Under the pieces are notes generated by a model. That model made no database searches. It had not been told where the DNA came from and worked only from the letters and a program-made list of their open reading frames with translations. DNA of 64,000 nt from NCBI GenBank assembly GCA_938041965.1, contig CALISE010000019.1, forward strand, positions 16,611-80,610, in the 5' to 3' direction. The DNA is from an uncultured Mogibacterium sp. Lineage in GTDB: Bacteria; Bacillota; Clostridia; Peptostreptococcales; Anaerovoracaceae. Position 1 is the stretch's first letter, and every line of letters begins with the position of its first letter. This document shows, piece by piece, positions 29,484 to 39,115 of the stretch. Both the position numbers and the translations under genes were made by a program.

Positions 29484-30107
29484 ATGCAGAAAAGCTTATT
29501 TGATAATAAGCTGCTAAGTATTATTGCGGTTATTATCCTCTCTCTTGCTTTAGCTATAGGGCTCGCAAGCTGCGGTGCTGATAAGAGCGAGAAGGGGAGA
29601 GGTAAAAAGAAGGTAGAAGTTACAAAGGAAAAGTCTGCATCTGGCAAATCATCAGATAGCTCTAAAGCTGACAACGAAGGCGAGAGCGAAGCAAGTGGAA
29701 GTGATGATTCCAGCAGTAAAGCGCTTGAAGCGGAGAAAGCAAAGGAAAAGGAAAAAGAAAAGAAAAAAGAGAAAGCAAAGGAAAAAGAGCGGGCCAAAGA
29801 GGAGAAGTCTAAAAAAGATAGTAGCGACTCTAGCCATAGTAGCTCATCCCATTCAAAGAAAAAGTGGGTACCTGCAGTATATAAGACGGTTACACATCCG
29901 GCGGTGACACGTCAACAGAAATTTATTGATTATTACACTTGTCAGTGCGGTGCCACCTTCAAAACAAATGCAGAGTGGCAGGCCCATAGACCAAAGCCTT
30001 GAAATGGCTTACATACATATGCGGCTCCGCATGTGACGACCAAAACAGTTGTCGTTAAAGAGGCATACACCGAGCAGGTGCTTGTCAGTGAAGGACACTG
30101 GGAATAA
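29484..30107 (+). CDS. Lipoprotein with K/E/S-rich linker and C-terminal Cys/His domain; in-frame UGA at 30000-30002 (Sec/readthrough or nonsense allele)
   Basis: Lipobox LASC; ...CQCGATF...AHRPKP-UGA-NGLHTYAAPHVTTKTVVVKEAYTEQVLVSEGHWE-TAA. Confidence 0.7.
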
Positions 30108-30183
30108 GTTATTACTTTAAGGGAATTAAAATGAAAATTCGTGTATACTATAGAGTAATGTATGAATAAGGCAGGTCTATAGT

Positions 30184-30735
30184 ATGAAAGATATTCAAAA
30201 TATTAAAATTCGTGAGGCGAAGCGTTCCGACATAGCCGAGGTTGGGCGTATCCTATCAGAGAACTATCATGATACATATGCAAATATATTGGATAAGAGA
30301 TATCTAAGCTCCGTTAACCCTGAGAGTGCAGCGAGCAGAATGGACGCATATTTCCTTACACCGGGAAATGAAATGTTTGTTGCTGAGCTCTTAGCCGATG
30401 GTGAAGAGGCTGGTGCTGGTGAAATTGTCGGTTTCGTAGCGGGCACACCCTCGCCAGATGTACTTGGTGCATTTTGGCTTGAGATGCTTCATATCAAGGC
30501 TTCCTACAGGGATTTCGGTATTGGACGAAGGCTCCTGTTTACGATGGGAAGCAGAGCTGCGAGCACCGGATATTCGCAGATGGTAATCGATGTATTTGCA
30601 GGGAACACCAAGGCAGAAGAGATATACAAGCATTACGGAGCTAAGCAGATTGATGAGTTTTATCAAGATGTAGAAGGCTTCGGAGTGCTGTCGTCACTCC
30701 TTAGCTGGGACGACTTGTCGGTGTTCCAGGGATAG
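30184..30735 (+). CDS. GNAT acetyltransferase
   Basis: IVGFV, LHIKASYRDFGIGRRL, NTKAEEIY. Confidence 0.85.
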   Translation: MKDIQNIKIREAKRSDIAEVGRILSENYHDTYANILDKRYLSSVNPESAASRMDAYFLTPGNEMFVAELLADGEEAGAGEIVGFVAGTPSPDVLGAFWLEMLHIKASYRDFGIGRRLLFTMGSRAASTGYSQMVIDVFAGNTKAEEIYKHYGAKQIDEFYQDVEGFGVLSSLLSWDDLSVFQG

Positions 30736-30744
30736 GGGGATAAC

Positions 30745-31539
30745 GTGGATATAATAGTAAAAATGGTCACTTCGACACAATTTATAAGTAGCATAATCAT
30801 CATCTTAGTCACCATCATTGCGACGATTGTCATAGAACATACGCATAAGCTCTATGTAAAAAAGACCAATAATACGGTGCAGATGAATGCGATCGTCAGA
30901 TCGACATTTAGACTCATGAAGAGCGTAACATGGATAATTGCAGCGCTTGCGGTGCTCGAAGTAAATAATATACGTGTTACATCCATTATCGCCGGTGTCG
31001 GTGTTGCTGGTGCGGTCTTTGGCATGGCGATGCAAGACGTGTTTAAGGATGTACTGATGGGTATGCACATAATTAATGACAAAGCTTTTAAAGTCGGTGA
31101 TGTTATTAAGATTGATGACGACGAAGGTATAGTTACGCTGTTCACACTTCAGACCACGCAGTATACAAGCCTAAATACTGGAGACAATGTCACGATCTGC
31201 AACAGAAATATCACTAAAGTGGGCATAACTAATGGTGTCTATGATATAGATATCGGGCTCAGATACAATGAAGATCCGGAGCATGTCAGAGAGGTTCTGA
31301 CGGAATGTGCAAAAAAGATCAAAGCGGTTAAAGGCATCAAGAACTCTGAGTACCTAGCTGTTCAGAGCTTCGATGCAACATCTGCAATATATAGAATCAG
31401 ATATTGGTGTAAACCGAAGGACAAGTGGGTAACGAGAAGAGCTGCTATGGGCGTGCTACAGAAGTGCCTGCTTGAATCAGATATCGTGCTTCCTTATAGT
31501 CAGCTCGATGTACATGTGAACGATTCTGATGGTAAGTAA
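30745..31539 (+). CDS. Mechanosensitive channel MscS family
   Basis: AGVGVAGAVFGMAMQD, FKVGDVIKI. Confidence 0.9.
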   Translation: MDIIVKMVTSTQFISSIIIILVTIIATIVIEHTHKLYVKKTNNTVQMNAIVRSTFRLMKSVTWIIAALAVLEVNNIRVTSIIAGVGVAGAVFGMAMQDVFKDVLMGMHIINDKAFKVGDVIKIDDDEGIVTLFTLQTTQYTSLNTGDNVTICNRNITKVGITNGVYDIDIGLRYNEDPEHVREVLTECAKKIKAVKGIKNSEYLAVQSFDATSAIYRIRYWCKPKDKWVTRRAAMGVLQKCLLESDIVLPYSQLDVHVNDSDGK

Positions 31540-31595
31540 AATCCTATCAATTACAGAACTCGCAATATATTATTCACAAGTTAATTAATATTCCA

Positions 31596-31636
31596 AAAGA
31601 CTCCTCTTGTCGCGTGTGCGATGAGAGGAGTCTTTT
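31596..31636 (+). terminator. Intrinsic terminator
   Basis: AAAAGACTCCTCT...AGAGGAGTCTTTT. Confidence 0.75.
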
Positions 31637-31922
31637 GTGATTGCAAAATTAACAGTTCTAAGAATATAAAATGGAAACAAGTGTACTCGATAAAGTGCAA
31701 ATTTTTCGCATCGATTTATCGTTGAAATTCCAATAGTTCTAGCGAATGTTAGTGAAATATCACAAAAATATATGATAATTTTGTTTAAATTACAAAAAAT
31801 GGTGTTATAATACAGCATATTAAATTTCTAGATTTAATGTAACCATTGAGATTAAAGAATTATAAGATTTTTATAGCTTTGCAATAAATTGTGAAACAAA
31901 GTTCAAATGTAGGGGATTAGGG

Positions 31923-33128
31923 ATGAGCGATAATAAAATTTTGAAGAGAGCAAACGAGCTCTTTGAAGAGATTAGAACCATTAGAAGAGATGTGCATAGG
32001 CATCCAGAGCTTGGTTACCATGAAAACAGAACTTCAGCACTTATTAAAGCGAAGCTAAGTGAATATGGAGTCGATAATATCGAGCAACCGACACCTACTT
32101 CTGTAGTTGCGACAATCGTTGGTAGAAAGGGCGAAGGTAGGACCATTGCCCTAAGAGCTGATATCGACGCACTACCGATTAACGAGGAAACCGAGCTTGA
32201 GTTTGCTAGTGAAAACGATGGAGTCATGCACGCATGTGGACACGATTTTCACGTATCGATGATGCTTGGCAATGCTGAGATGCTCTCCGAGATGCGAGAT
32301 GAATTCTGCGGTAAGGTTAAGATAATTTTCCAGCACAGTGAGGATACTCAGCCGGGTGGTGCGAAGGAGCTCGTAGCAAAGGGTGTTATGGACGATGTGG
32401 ATGCCATAGTTGGGCTACACGTACTCCCAGACGAAAACCCTGAAGAGTATGGCAAAGTGTGTTTTAGAAGCGGACCGATGACCACATCTGCTGACCTCGT
32501 CCAAGTGACGGTGACAGGCCTTGGCGGCCATAGTTCACAGCCACATCTGCTTCATGATCCAGTACTTGCAGCGTCGCAGATGATCGTTCTGTTGCAGCAG
32601 ATTCAAGCAAGATACACAGATGCTAACGAGACGGCGATTCTGCCGATAACATATATTCGCGGTGATAGCGCCATTAACGTGGTTCCTGAAAAGGTTGAAT
32701 TCGGTGGAGCTGCTCGTACTTATAACAATGATGTTAGAAAAGTAATCGAGGATCAGGTGTATAAGATTGGAAGAGGCGTCGCAGAGATGTCGGGATGCAC
32801 TGTAGATGTCAATTATATAAAGGGATATGCTCCAGTGATAAACGACAAAGAGCTCACAGCTTTATCAAGAGCGGCAACTGCAGATGCCATCGGTGAAGAT
32901 AGAATAATCGATCTAGAGAGACCGATGAACTTCAGCGAGGACTTCAGCGCTTACTCTGATGTGAGTGGAAAGCCTGGTACATTTATGATTCTAAAGGCTG
33001 GAAATGCAGGACATTATGCTCCGCTACATAATCCAGCTAGCACGTTAAATGAGGAGACGATTCCTTACGGAATGGCGGCGATGGTCGCGACCGCGATTAG
33101 ATATTTAAACGAAGACTGTAGCGCGTAA
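31923..33128 (+). CDS. M20D family amidohydrolase
   Basis: HRHPELG, LRADIDALP, MHACGHD, GGHSSQPH, SEDF, LHNP. Confidence 0.92.
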   Translation: MSDNKILKRANELFEEIRTIRRDVHRHPELGYHENRTSALIKAKLSEYGVDNIEQPTPTSVVATIVGRKGEGRTIALRADIDALPINEETELEFASENDGVMHACGHDFHVSMMLGNAEMLSEMRDEFCGKVKIIFQHSEDTQPGGAKELVAKGVMDDVDAIVGLHVLPDENPEEYGKVCFRSGPMTTSADLVQVTVTGLGGHSSQPHLLHDPVLAASQMIVLLQQIQARYTDANETAILPITYIRGDSAINVVPEKVEFGGAARTYNNDVRKVIEDQVYKIGRGVAEMSGCTVDVNYIKGYAPVINDKELTALSRAATADAIGEDRIIDLERPMNFSEDFSAYSDVSGKPGTFMILKAGNAGHYAPLHNPASTLNEETIPYGMAAMVATAIRYLNEDCSA

Positions 33129-33275
33129 TGCATAATGTAAGGCAGTTCATAAAAGTTTATAGGGCTGATTAACAGCTTTGTAATATAGGCAGTATAGCCA
33201 GGGGTTAGGGCTATTGCCAAATAGACTAATTTGTAGGATGTTATTTTTTTAGAAAACAGAAAGGACTAGAGAAAC

Positions 33276-34496
33276 ATGGTATTTTATAATGCACTATTAG
33301 CATTCGTGTTGATGGCTATCTGTTATGCCGTTGGTGAGTGGGTTGCAACAGCTACCAAGGCTTGGGTACCATCCGTATTCGCATCAGCAATCCTGTATCT
33401 ATTCGGATACTGGACTTTCTTCCCTAAGACAATAGGTACAGATTCTGGACTCGTTCCATTTGCAGCAACAGTAGCTATGATGCTGCTTATCGTACATATC
33501 GGTACAATTATCAGCGTTAAGCATCTGCTGGAGCAGTGGAAGACTATCGTTGTATGTCTAGCTGGTCTCGCAGGCATGGTGCTCTTCAGCTGGTACCTCG
33601 CACCGATGTTTATGGATAAAACTCTTATGATAGCTGGTCTACCTCCACTAACTGGTGGAATCGTTGCCGCTACAACTATGCAGATGGCTGCTCACGCAAA
33701 AGGCTTAGAGGTAGCTGCTACATTTGCGGTAACTATCTACTGCGTGCAGGGATTTGCAGGCTATCCACTTACAGCGATTATGCTACATAAGTTTGGAAAC
33801 AAGGAGCTAGCTAAGCTTAGAAGCGGAGAAATTGTTCTTACAGAGGAGCAGAAGGAAGCTAACAAGCAGATCGGAATGACGGTTGTAAACGATGATTCTA
33901 AGGTTAAGAAGCTACTTCCAAGAGTTTCGGATAAGTACAATACACCAGTATTCATGCTTTGCAAGCTAGGTCTAGTTGCGTGGTTCGCATCGCTCGCAGG
34001 ACAGCTAAAGTTCGGTAGCGTTGTGATTTCTCCAGCAATATGGGCTCTAGTATTCGGTGTAATCTTCTGTGCGGTAGGGTTCCTGGATACAAACATTTTG
34101 AACAGAGCAAATTCATACTGGATCAGCATGTTTGCACTTATGATGATTGTGTTCGACGGACTTAAGAATCTAACCCCAGCAATGCTTAAGTCAATCATAG
34201 GACCGATGGTTATACTCATCGTTATAGGTGTTGTAGGTATGGCTGTATTCTCATTCATCATCGCAAAAGTATTCAAGATGTCATTCTATCTTGCTTTTGC
34301 AAATGGCTTGACAGCACTTTATGGATTCCCAGCAGATGCGATCATATCTGAGTCAACATGTGAGGCTCTATCTGATGATCCAGATGAGGTTAACTATCTC
34401 ATGAGCAAGATCTTCCCATCGATGATCGTTGGTGGATTCACTACAGTAACTATCACATCCGTATTCCTAGCTGGTATCTTCGCTACACTTCTATAA
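33276..34496 (+). CDS. Multi-pass membrane protein, probable transporter
   Basis: 406 aa, 10 or more hydrophobic segments, PPLTGGIVA and ALYGFP motifs. Confidence 0.8.
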   Translation: MVFYNALLAFVLMAICYAVGEWVATATKAWVPSVFASAILYLFGYWTFFPKTIGTDSGLVPFAATVAMMLLIVHIGTIISVKHLLEQWKTIVVCLAGLAGMVLFSWYLAPMFMDKTLMIAGLPPLTGGIVAATTMQMAAHAKGLEVAATFAVTIYCVQGFAGYPLTAIMLHKFGNKELAKLRSGEIVLTEEQKEANKQIGMTVVNDDSKVKKLLPRVSDKYNTPVFMLCKLGLVAWFASLAGQLKFGSVVISPAIWALVFGVIFCAVGFLDTNILNRANSYWISMFALMMIVFDGLKNLTPAMLKSIIGPMVILIVIGVVGMAVFSFIIAKVFKMSFYLAFANGLTALYGFPADAIISESTCEALSDDPDEVNYLMSKIFPSMIVGGFTTVTITSVFLAGIFATLL

Positions 34497-34648
34497 GCGA
34501 GAATAGGCTTAATTCGGAAAACAATATTCGGGCCGCAGAAAGCGGCCTGATGTTATCTCAGGCTGTGAGAACATTAATAGGCTAGAAAAGGCCTGCCAGG
34601 GCACGATACGTATACAATAATCTTTTTTAACATATAGGGGGTAATATC

Positions 34649-35824
34649 ATGGGTATGAAAGAAGTTGCAGAAAAATATTCCGACTATCAAGTCGAGATGA
34701 GACGTTGGTTCCATAACAACGCCGAAGTGAGTGAAAAGGAATATGAGACAGCAAAAAAAATCAGAGAAGAACTCGATAAGATGGGTGTTGAATGGGAACA
34801 CTGCGGTCTTGAGACTTCAACTTTAGCAACAATTAAAGGTGCGAAGCCTGGTAAGACTGTGCTGCTCAGAGGAGATATTGACGCCCTATCAGTAACCGAG
34901 GAGACAGGACTTCCTTTTGCATCTAAGACAAAGGGAGTTATGCACGCATGTGGCCATGACTGTCACATCTCGATGCTTCTTACAGCAGCACACATTTTAA
35001 ACGATATGAAGGATGAGCTCTGCGGAACAGTTAAGCTCGCATGGCAGTCTTCTGAGGAAGTTGCAACTGGTGCTAAAGCCATGGTTGAAGATGGTGCACT
35101 AGATGGTGTAGATGCATGCTTTGCTATGCATGTCTGGGGTAACGTTCCAGCTGGTCACATCAGCTGCGATGCAGGTCCAAGAATGGGTGCTGCTAGAATG
35201 TTTGAAATTGATGTCCAGGGTAACTCTGGTCACGGCGCTCAGCCGGATCTAGCTGTAGATGCTATCGTCGCTGGCTCTGCAATTGTCGGAAGTCTTCAGA
35301 CTATCGTTTCAAGAAAACTCGCTCCTGCTGAACCAGCAGTAGTTACAGTTGGAACATTTAATGCCGGTGAGAGATGGAATGTAATCGCAGGTTCAGCTAA
35401 GCTTACAGGTACTACTAGATGCTTCAGCTATGATGTATTTAATAAGTTCCCTGATTACGTAGAGCAGGTCGCAACAGATACAGCTAAGGCTTACGGATGC
35501 ACGGCTGAGGTTAGAGATACACTTCTTGTACCACCAACTGTCAACGATGAGGGTATGTCAGCACTTGCTAGGGCTGTGGCACAAGATGTAATTGGTGAGG
35601 AAGCGCCTATACACGTTCCACCAACAGCTGGTGGTGAGGACTTCGCTTATTTCATGGAAAAAGTTCCAGGATGTGTACTACTGCTCGGCGTTGCAGATGA
35701 GGCTTCTGGTGCTTGCTACGTTCAGCATCACAGCAAGTTCACTGTATATGAGCCTGAGCTTATAAGGGGTGCTCAGATTTACGCTAAGGTAGCTATGGAC
35801 TTTAACGCAGGTAGAGAAGTTTAG
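34649..35824 (+). CDS. M20D family amidohydrolase
   Basis: LRGDIDAL, MHACGHD, SEE, GHGAQP, GGEDF, HHSKF. Confidence 0.92.
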   Translation: MGMKEVAEKYSDYQVEMRRWFHNNAEVSEKEYETAKKIREELDKMGVEWEHCGLETSTLATIKGAKPGKTVLLRGDIDALSVTEETGLPFASKTKGVMHACGHDCHISMLLTAAHILNDMKDELCGTVKLAWQSSEEVATGAKAMVEDGALDGVDACFAMHVWGNVPAGHISCDAGPRMGAARMFEIDVQGNSGHGAQPDLAVDAIVAGSAIVGSLQTIVSRKLAPAEPAVVTVGTFNAGERWNVIAGSAKLTGTTRCFSYDVFNKFPDYVEQVATDTAKAYGCTAEVRDTLLVPPTVNDEGMSALARAVAQDVIGEEAPIHVPPTAGGEDFAYFMEKVPGCVLLLGVADEASGACYVQHHSKFTVYEPELIRGAQIYAKVAMDFNAGREV

Positions 35825-35976
35825 AAATCAATAGTTTGATAGTTTGATTCAATCAAGTACGAATTATAATGATGTTAGAGCCACATAGACAAAGTGATTA
35901 TGAGGTGCTAATACAGGGTTAGATACAAACGCATAGAATAATTAATACCTAAATGGTTAGATAAGGACCACCAAGC

Positions 35977-36012
35977 AAAAAGCACTGCAGCCCATGGGCT
36001 ACAGTGCTTTTT
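35977..36012. terminator. Bidirectional terminator at tRNA 3' end
   Basis: AAAAAGCACTG-CAGCCC-AT-GGGCTA-CAGTGCTTTTT. Confidence 0.75.
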
Positions 36013-36025
36013 CAATTGCATAAAG

Positions 36026-36101
36026 TGGTGCGCCCGAGCGGATTCGAACCGCTGACCATTTCATTCGGAGTGAACTACTCTATCCCCTGAGCTACGGGCG
36101 C
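36026..36101 (-). tRNA. tRNA-Arg(CCG)
   Basis: 76-nt cloverleaf GCGCCCG...CGGGCGC-A-CCA, anticodon loop CT-CCG-AA, T-loop TTCGAAT, encoded CCA. Confidence 0.95.
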
Positions 36102-36215
36102 GCATAATCCGCAGTCCTGCGTATTATATCGTATGAATCGATATGCCTCAAATGTCCGAAGCCTTAAGCCTAAGCATTTAAGCTGATTCAGAACACTAGA
36201 GCAAATCAATCATAT

Positions 36216-36800
36216 CTAGCTTATACCGTTCTGTGCATCGAGCTCCTCAGCTTCAGGCATCGACTGCATCGCTTCTAGGACAATCTCAAACAATTCATTG
36301 AGCTCGACGCCCATCATATCGGCTCCGCGCTTTATTACATCTCTATCGCAGCCTGCTGCAAACTTCTTGTCCTTGAATTTCTTCTTAACCGACTTAACAT
36401 CCATATCCTTGCAGCTGCGAGACGGTCTGAGTAAAGTCGCTGCGCCGATGAGACCTGTGAGCTCATCTGAAGCAAATAGAAATTTCTCCATCTCGTGTGT
36501 CGGCTCGACATCTACGCAGATGCCGTAGCCGTGGCTACATACTGCATGAACGAGTTCCTCCGGTGTATTGATCTCAGCGAGCAGTTCTGGTGCTTTCTTG
36601 CAGTGCTCTTCTGGCCATTTCTCAAAATCCACATCGTGAAGCAGTCCAGCTAGACCCCAGAAATCCGGATCATAGCCATGCTTTTCGGCGTAATAGCGCA
36701 TCACTCCCTCTACTGTAACAGCATGGTGGAGATGAAACGGCTCTTCGTTATATTTTTTTACCAGCTCCCAAGCGGAGTCTCTATTGAAATTATCTGACAT
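36216..36800 (-). CDS. HDIG/HD-domain phosphohydrolase (paralogue of 2846..3421)
   Basis: HAVTVE, GLLHDVD, SH, ASDELTGL, KKFAAG; SD GGAGGG. Confidence 0.88.
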   Translation of the reverse strand: MSDNFNRDSAWELVKKYNEEPFHLHHAVTVEGVMRYYAEKHGYDPDFWGLAGLLHDVDFEKWPEEHCKKAPELLAEINTPEELVHAVCSHGYGICVDVEPTHEMEKFLFASDELTGLIGAATLLRPSRSCKDMDVKSVKKKFKDKKFAAGCDRDVIKRGADMMGVELNELFEIVLEAMQSMPEAEELDAQNGIS

Positions 36801-37071
36801 AATATCCCTCCAATCCAAAATCCCTAAAAAATAAAATATACTTACCAAGGTGTTATAAAGCCATACATAATCACCTGCATTATACGGCTTTTACGTTAGC
36901 AAATATGTAGAATATTATAGCAGAAAATGATATAATATGCGACATTGTAGTGTGTAAAAACGCACACATTAATTCTACAGAACCGCTGAAATTTAAGCGT
37001 GTTAGACGGTATGTGCAAGTTGCTGAGCAATGAGCATGCCTAACTATATGTTACGAAAATAGGGGACTAAG

Positions 37072-37662
37072 ATGGGAAACACGTTATACATGATAAGACA
37101 TGGCGATACAGAGGGGACGCTTAAGGATCTGTTTTACGGAAGCACTGATTTACCTCTTGCCGAGCAAGGTGTAAAGCAGATTAAGATGCTCTGTGATAAG
37201 GGGGCATATCCTGAAGCGGATGGTGCTAAGCTCTATACATCCGGAATGCTTAGAACTGAGCAAACCTTTCTGCATATATACGGGGACAGAGAACACAAAA
37301 TCATTCCCAATCTTAGAGAGGTTGGAGTTGGCATATTTGAGATGAAGACAATGGATGAGGTTCTCCAGCATGATGAGGCTAGAGCTTGGCTTGAGGGCAA
37401 GAAGGAATACATGGATTTTCCTGAAGGTGAAACTAATGATGGATTTATTGAGCGTGTATCCCGTGGTCTTGACGTGTTAAAAAGTGATTTAAAGTACTCG
37501 GATGTTATAGGAGTGTTCCATGGAGCCGTTATTTTTACATGCATGGAGATGATGTTCCCATCTGTGAAAGAGAAAGCGTGGCACTGGACACCTAATCCCG
37601 CAAGTGGGTATGCGGTAACTTTTGAAGATGGAAAGCCAGTTAGATATAGAGAAATAGGATAG
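37072..37662 (+). CDS. Histidine phosphatase family protein
   Basis: IRHG, SGMLRTEQT, LREVGVG, GE, HG. Confidence 0.88.
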   Translation: MGNTLYMIRHGDTEGTLKDLFYGSTDLPLAEQGVKQIKMLCDKGAYPEADGAKLYTSGMLRTEQTFLHIYGDREHKIIPNLREVGVGIFEMKTMDEVLQHDEARAWLEGKKEYMDFPEGETNDGFIERVSRGLDVLKSDLKYSDVIGVFHGAVIFTCMEMMFPSVKEKAWHWTPNPASGYAVTFEDGKPVRYREIG

Positions 37663-37779
37663 AAAGATGGTTCTCTCGCTCTGCGAGAGAGCTTTTTTCG
37701 TTGTTTCATCACTTATCTGCAGTTTAATGTAGTATAATTAATCGGATACACACAGATATAGGAGAGTGAATCAAGTTAA

Positions 37780-39045
37780 ATGACACCATACATTATAAGT
37801 ATTGTGATTTTGCTCGTGTTATCGGGCGTTTTTTCTGCCACTGAGACGGCGTTCACTTCGGTGAGTAAGATAAAGATGAAGAATCTGGCGAGCGATGACA
37901 ACGAGAGTGCTAAGCTTGTGCTAGAGATAACGGAGAACTTCGATAAGTTTCTCACAACGATTTTAATAGGCAATAATATTGCCAATATCGCGACGACTTC
38001 AATAGCCACGGTTATGTTCATCAAGCTATATGGTCACTACGGAGCGACTATTTCGACCGTTGTTGTGACGGTTTTGGTCTTGGTGTTCGGGGAGATATCA
38101 CCTAAGAATATCGCCAAGGACAAGGCGGAAGGGTTATCTCTATTCATGGCACCGGCCGTAAAGGTCATGATGTTCCTATTTACACCGCTCAACTGGGTGT
38201 TTGGCGTCTGGAAGAAGCTAGTCGATAAAGTTTTCAAGATTTCGTCTGAGCAGGTTTACACAGAGGATGAACTCAAGACAATCGTCGAGGAAGCCAAGAC
38301 TGGCGGGAGCATCGAAGAATCACAGAGCGAGCTCATTACTAATGCAATCGAGTTCGCTGACTTAGAAGCGATAGACATAATCACACCTCGAATAGACATA
38401 ATCGCTATCGAGCTCGGTTCACCTATCGATGAGATAGCTAAGCTTTTCAAAGATACAGGCCTTTCGAGACTCCCGGTTTTCGAAGATGATCTCGACAATA
38501 TCATCGGAATTCTCAATCAGAAGGACTTCCATAACTATGTGGTGGGCGAGGGCAAGAGTGTAAACCTCTATGTAAAGCCGGTTGCATACGTAGCTGAATC
38601 GATTAAAGCATCGGTGCTTCTCAAGAAGATGCAGGCAAAGGCAACTCACATGGCGATCATCGTCGATGAATACGGTGGCACCACTGGCCTCGTAACGATG
38701 GAGGACATCATCGAAGAGCTAGTCGGAAAGATATATGACGAGCATGATACTGTCGAGATGAGAGAGGTGACAGATTTAATAGATGGTTCATATTCTGTAG
38801 CTGGAGGAACTAATGTTGAAAAATTCTTTGAGCTTCAGGGTGAAGATATAGACATAGATGCGACGACGGTAAATGGTTGGGCGATGATTGAGCTCGACCG
38901 CATACCAAAGGTTGGAGACACATTCGAGTATGAATCAAAACACAAGCTTTTCAAGGTCAGAGTCACAAGAGCGGATGCCAAGAGAGCACTTAGACTTCAT
39001 ATTCGCGTCGAAGACAAGCCTCACGAAGACGAGGATGACAACTAG
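37780..39045 (+). CDS. HlyC/CorC (CNNM/DUF21-CBS) family protein
   Basis: FSATETAF, ILIGNN, FGEISPK, SRLPV, VDEYGGTTGLVTMEDIIEELVG. Confidence 0.92.
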   Translation: MTPYIISIVILLVLSGVFSATETAFTSVSKIKMKNLASDDNESAKLVLEITENFDKFLTTILIGNNIANIATTSIATVMFIKLYGHYGATISTVVVTVLVLVFGEISPKNIAKDKAEGLSLFMAPAVKVMMFLFTPLNWVFGVWKKLVDKVFKISSEQVYTEDELKTIVEEAKTGGSIEESQSELITNAIEFADLEAIDIITPRIDIIAIELGSPIDEIAKLFKDTGLSRLPVFEDDLDNIIGILNQKDFHNYVVGEGKSVNLYVKPVAYVAESIKASVLLKKMQAKATHMAIIVDEYGGTTGLVTMEDIIEELVGKIYDEHDTVEMREVTDLIDGSYSVAGGTNVEKFFELQGEDIDIDATTVNGWAMIELDRIPKVGDTFEYESKHKLFKVRVTRADAKRALRLHIRVEDKPHEDEDDN

Positions 39046-39115
39046 GATACTTAGCTAAGACATTAGTATTAAAAGCATATATAAAGTATTATCGAGAAGG
39101 AAGGGAGCCACGTAA

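Noticed and set aside
31640..36026. tRNA-Arg-anchored genomic island
   Set aside because: No integrase and no duplicate of the tRNA 3' end found in the window.
36058..36075. G-A mismatch at the top of the tRNA-Arg anticodon stem
   Set aside because: Mismatches at 27-43 are tolerated; the rest of the cloverleaf is canonical.
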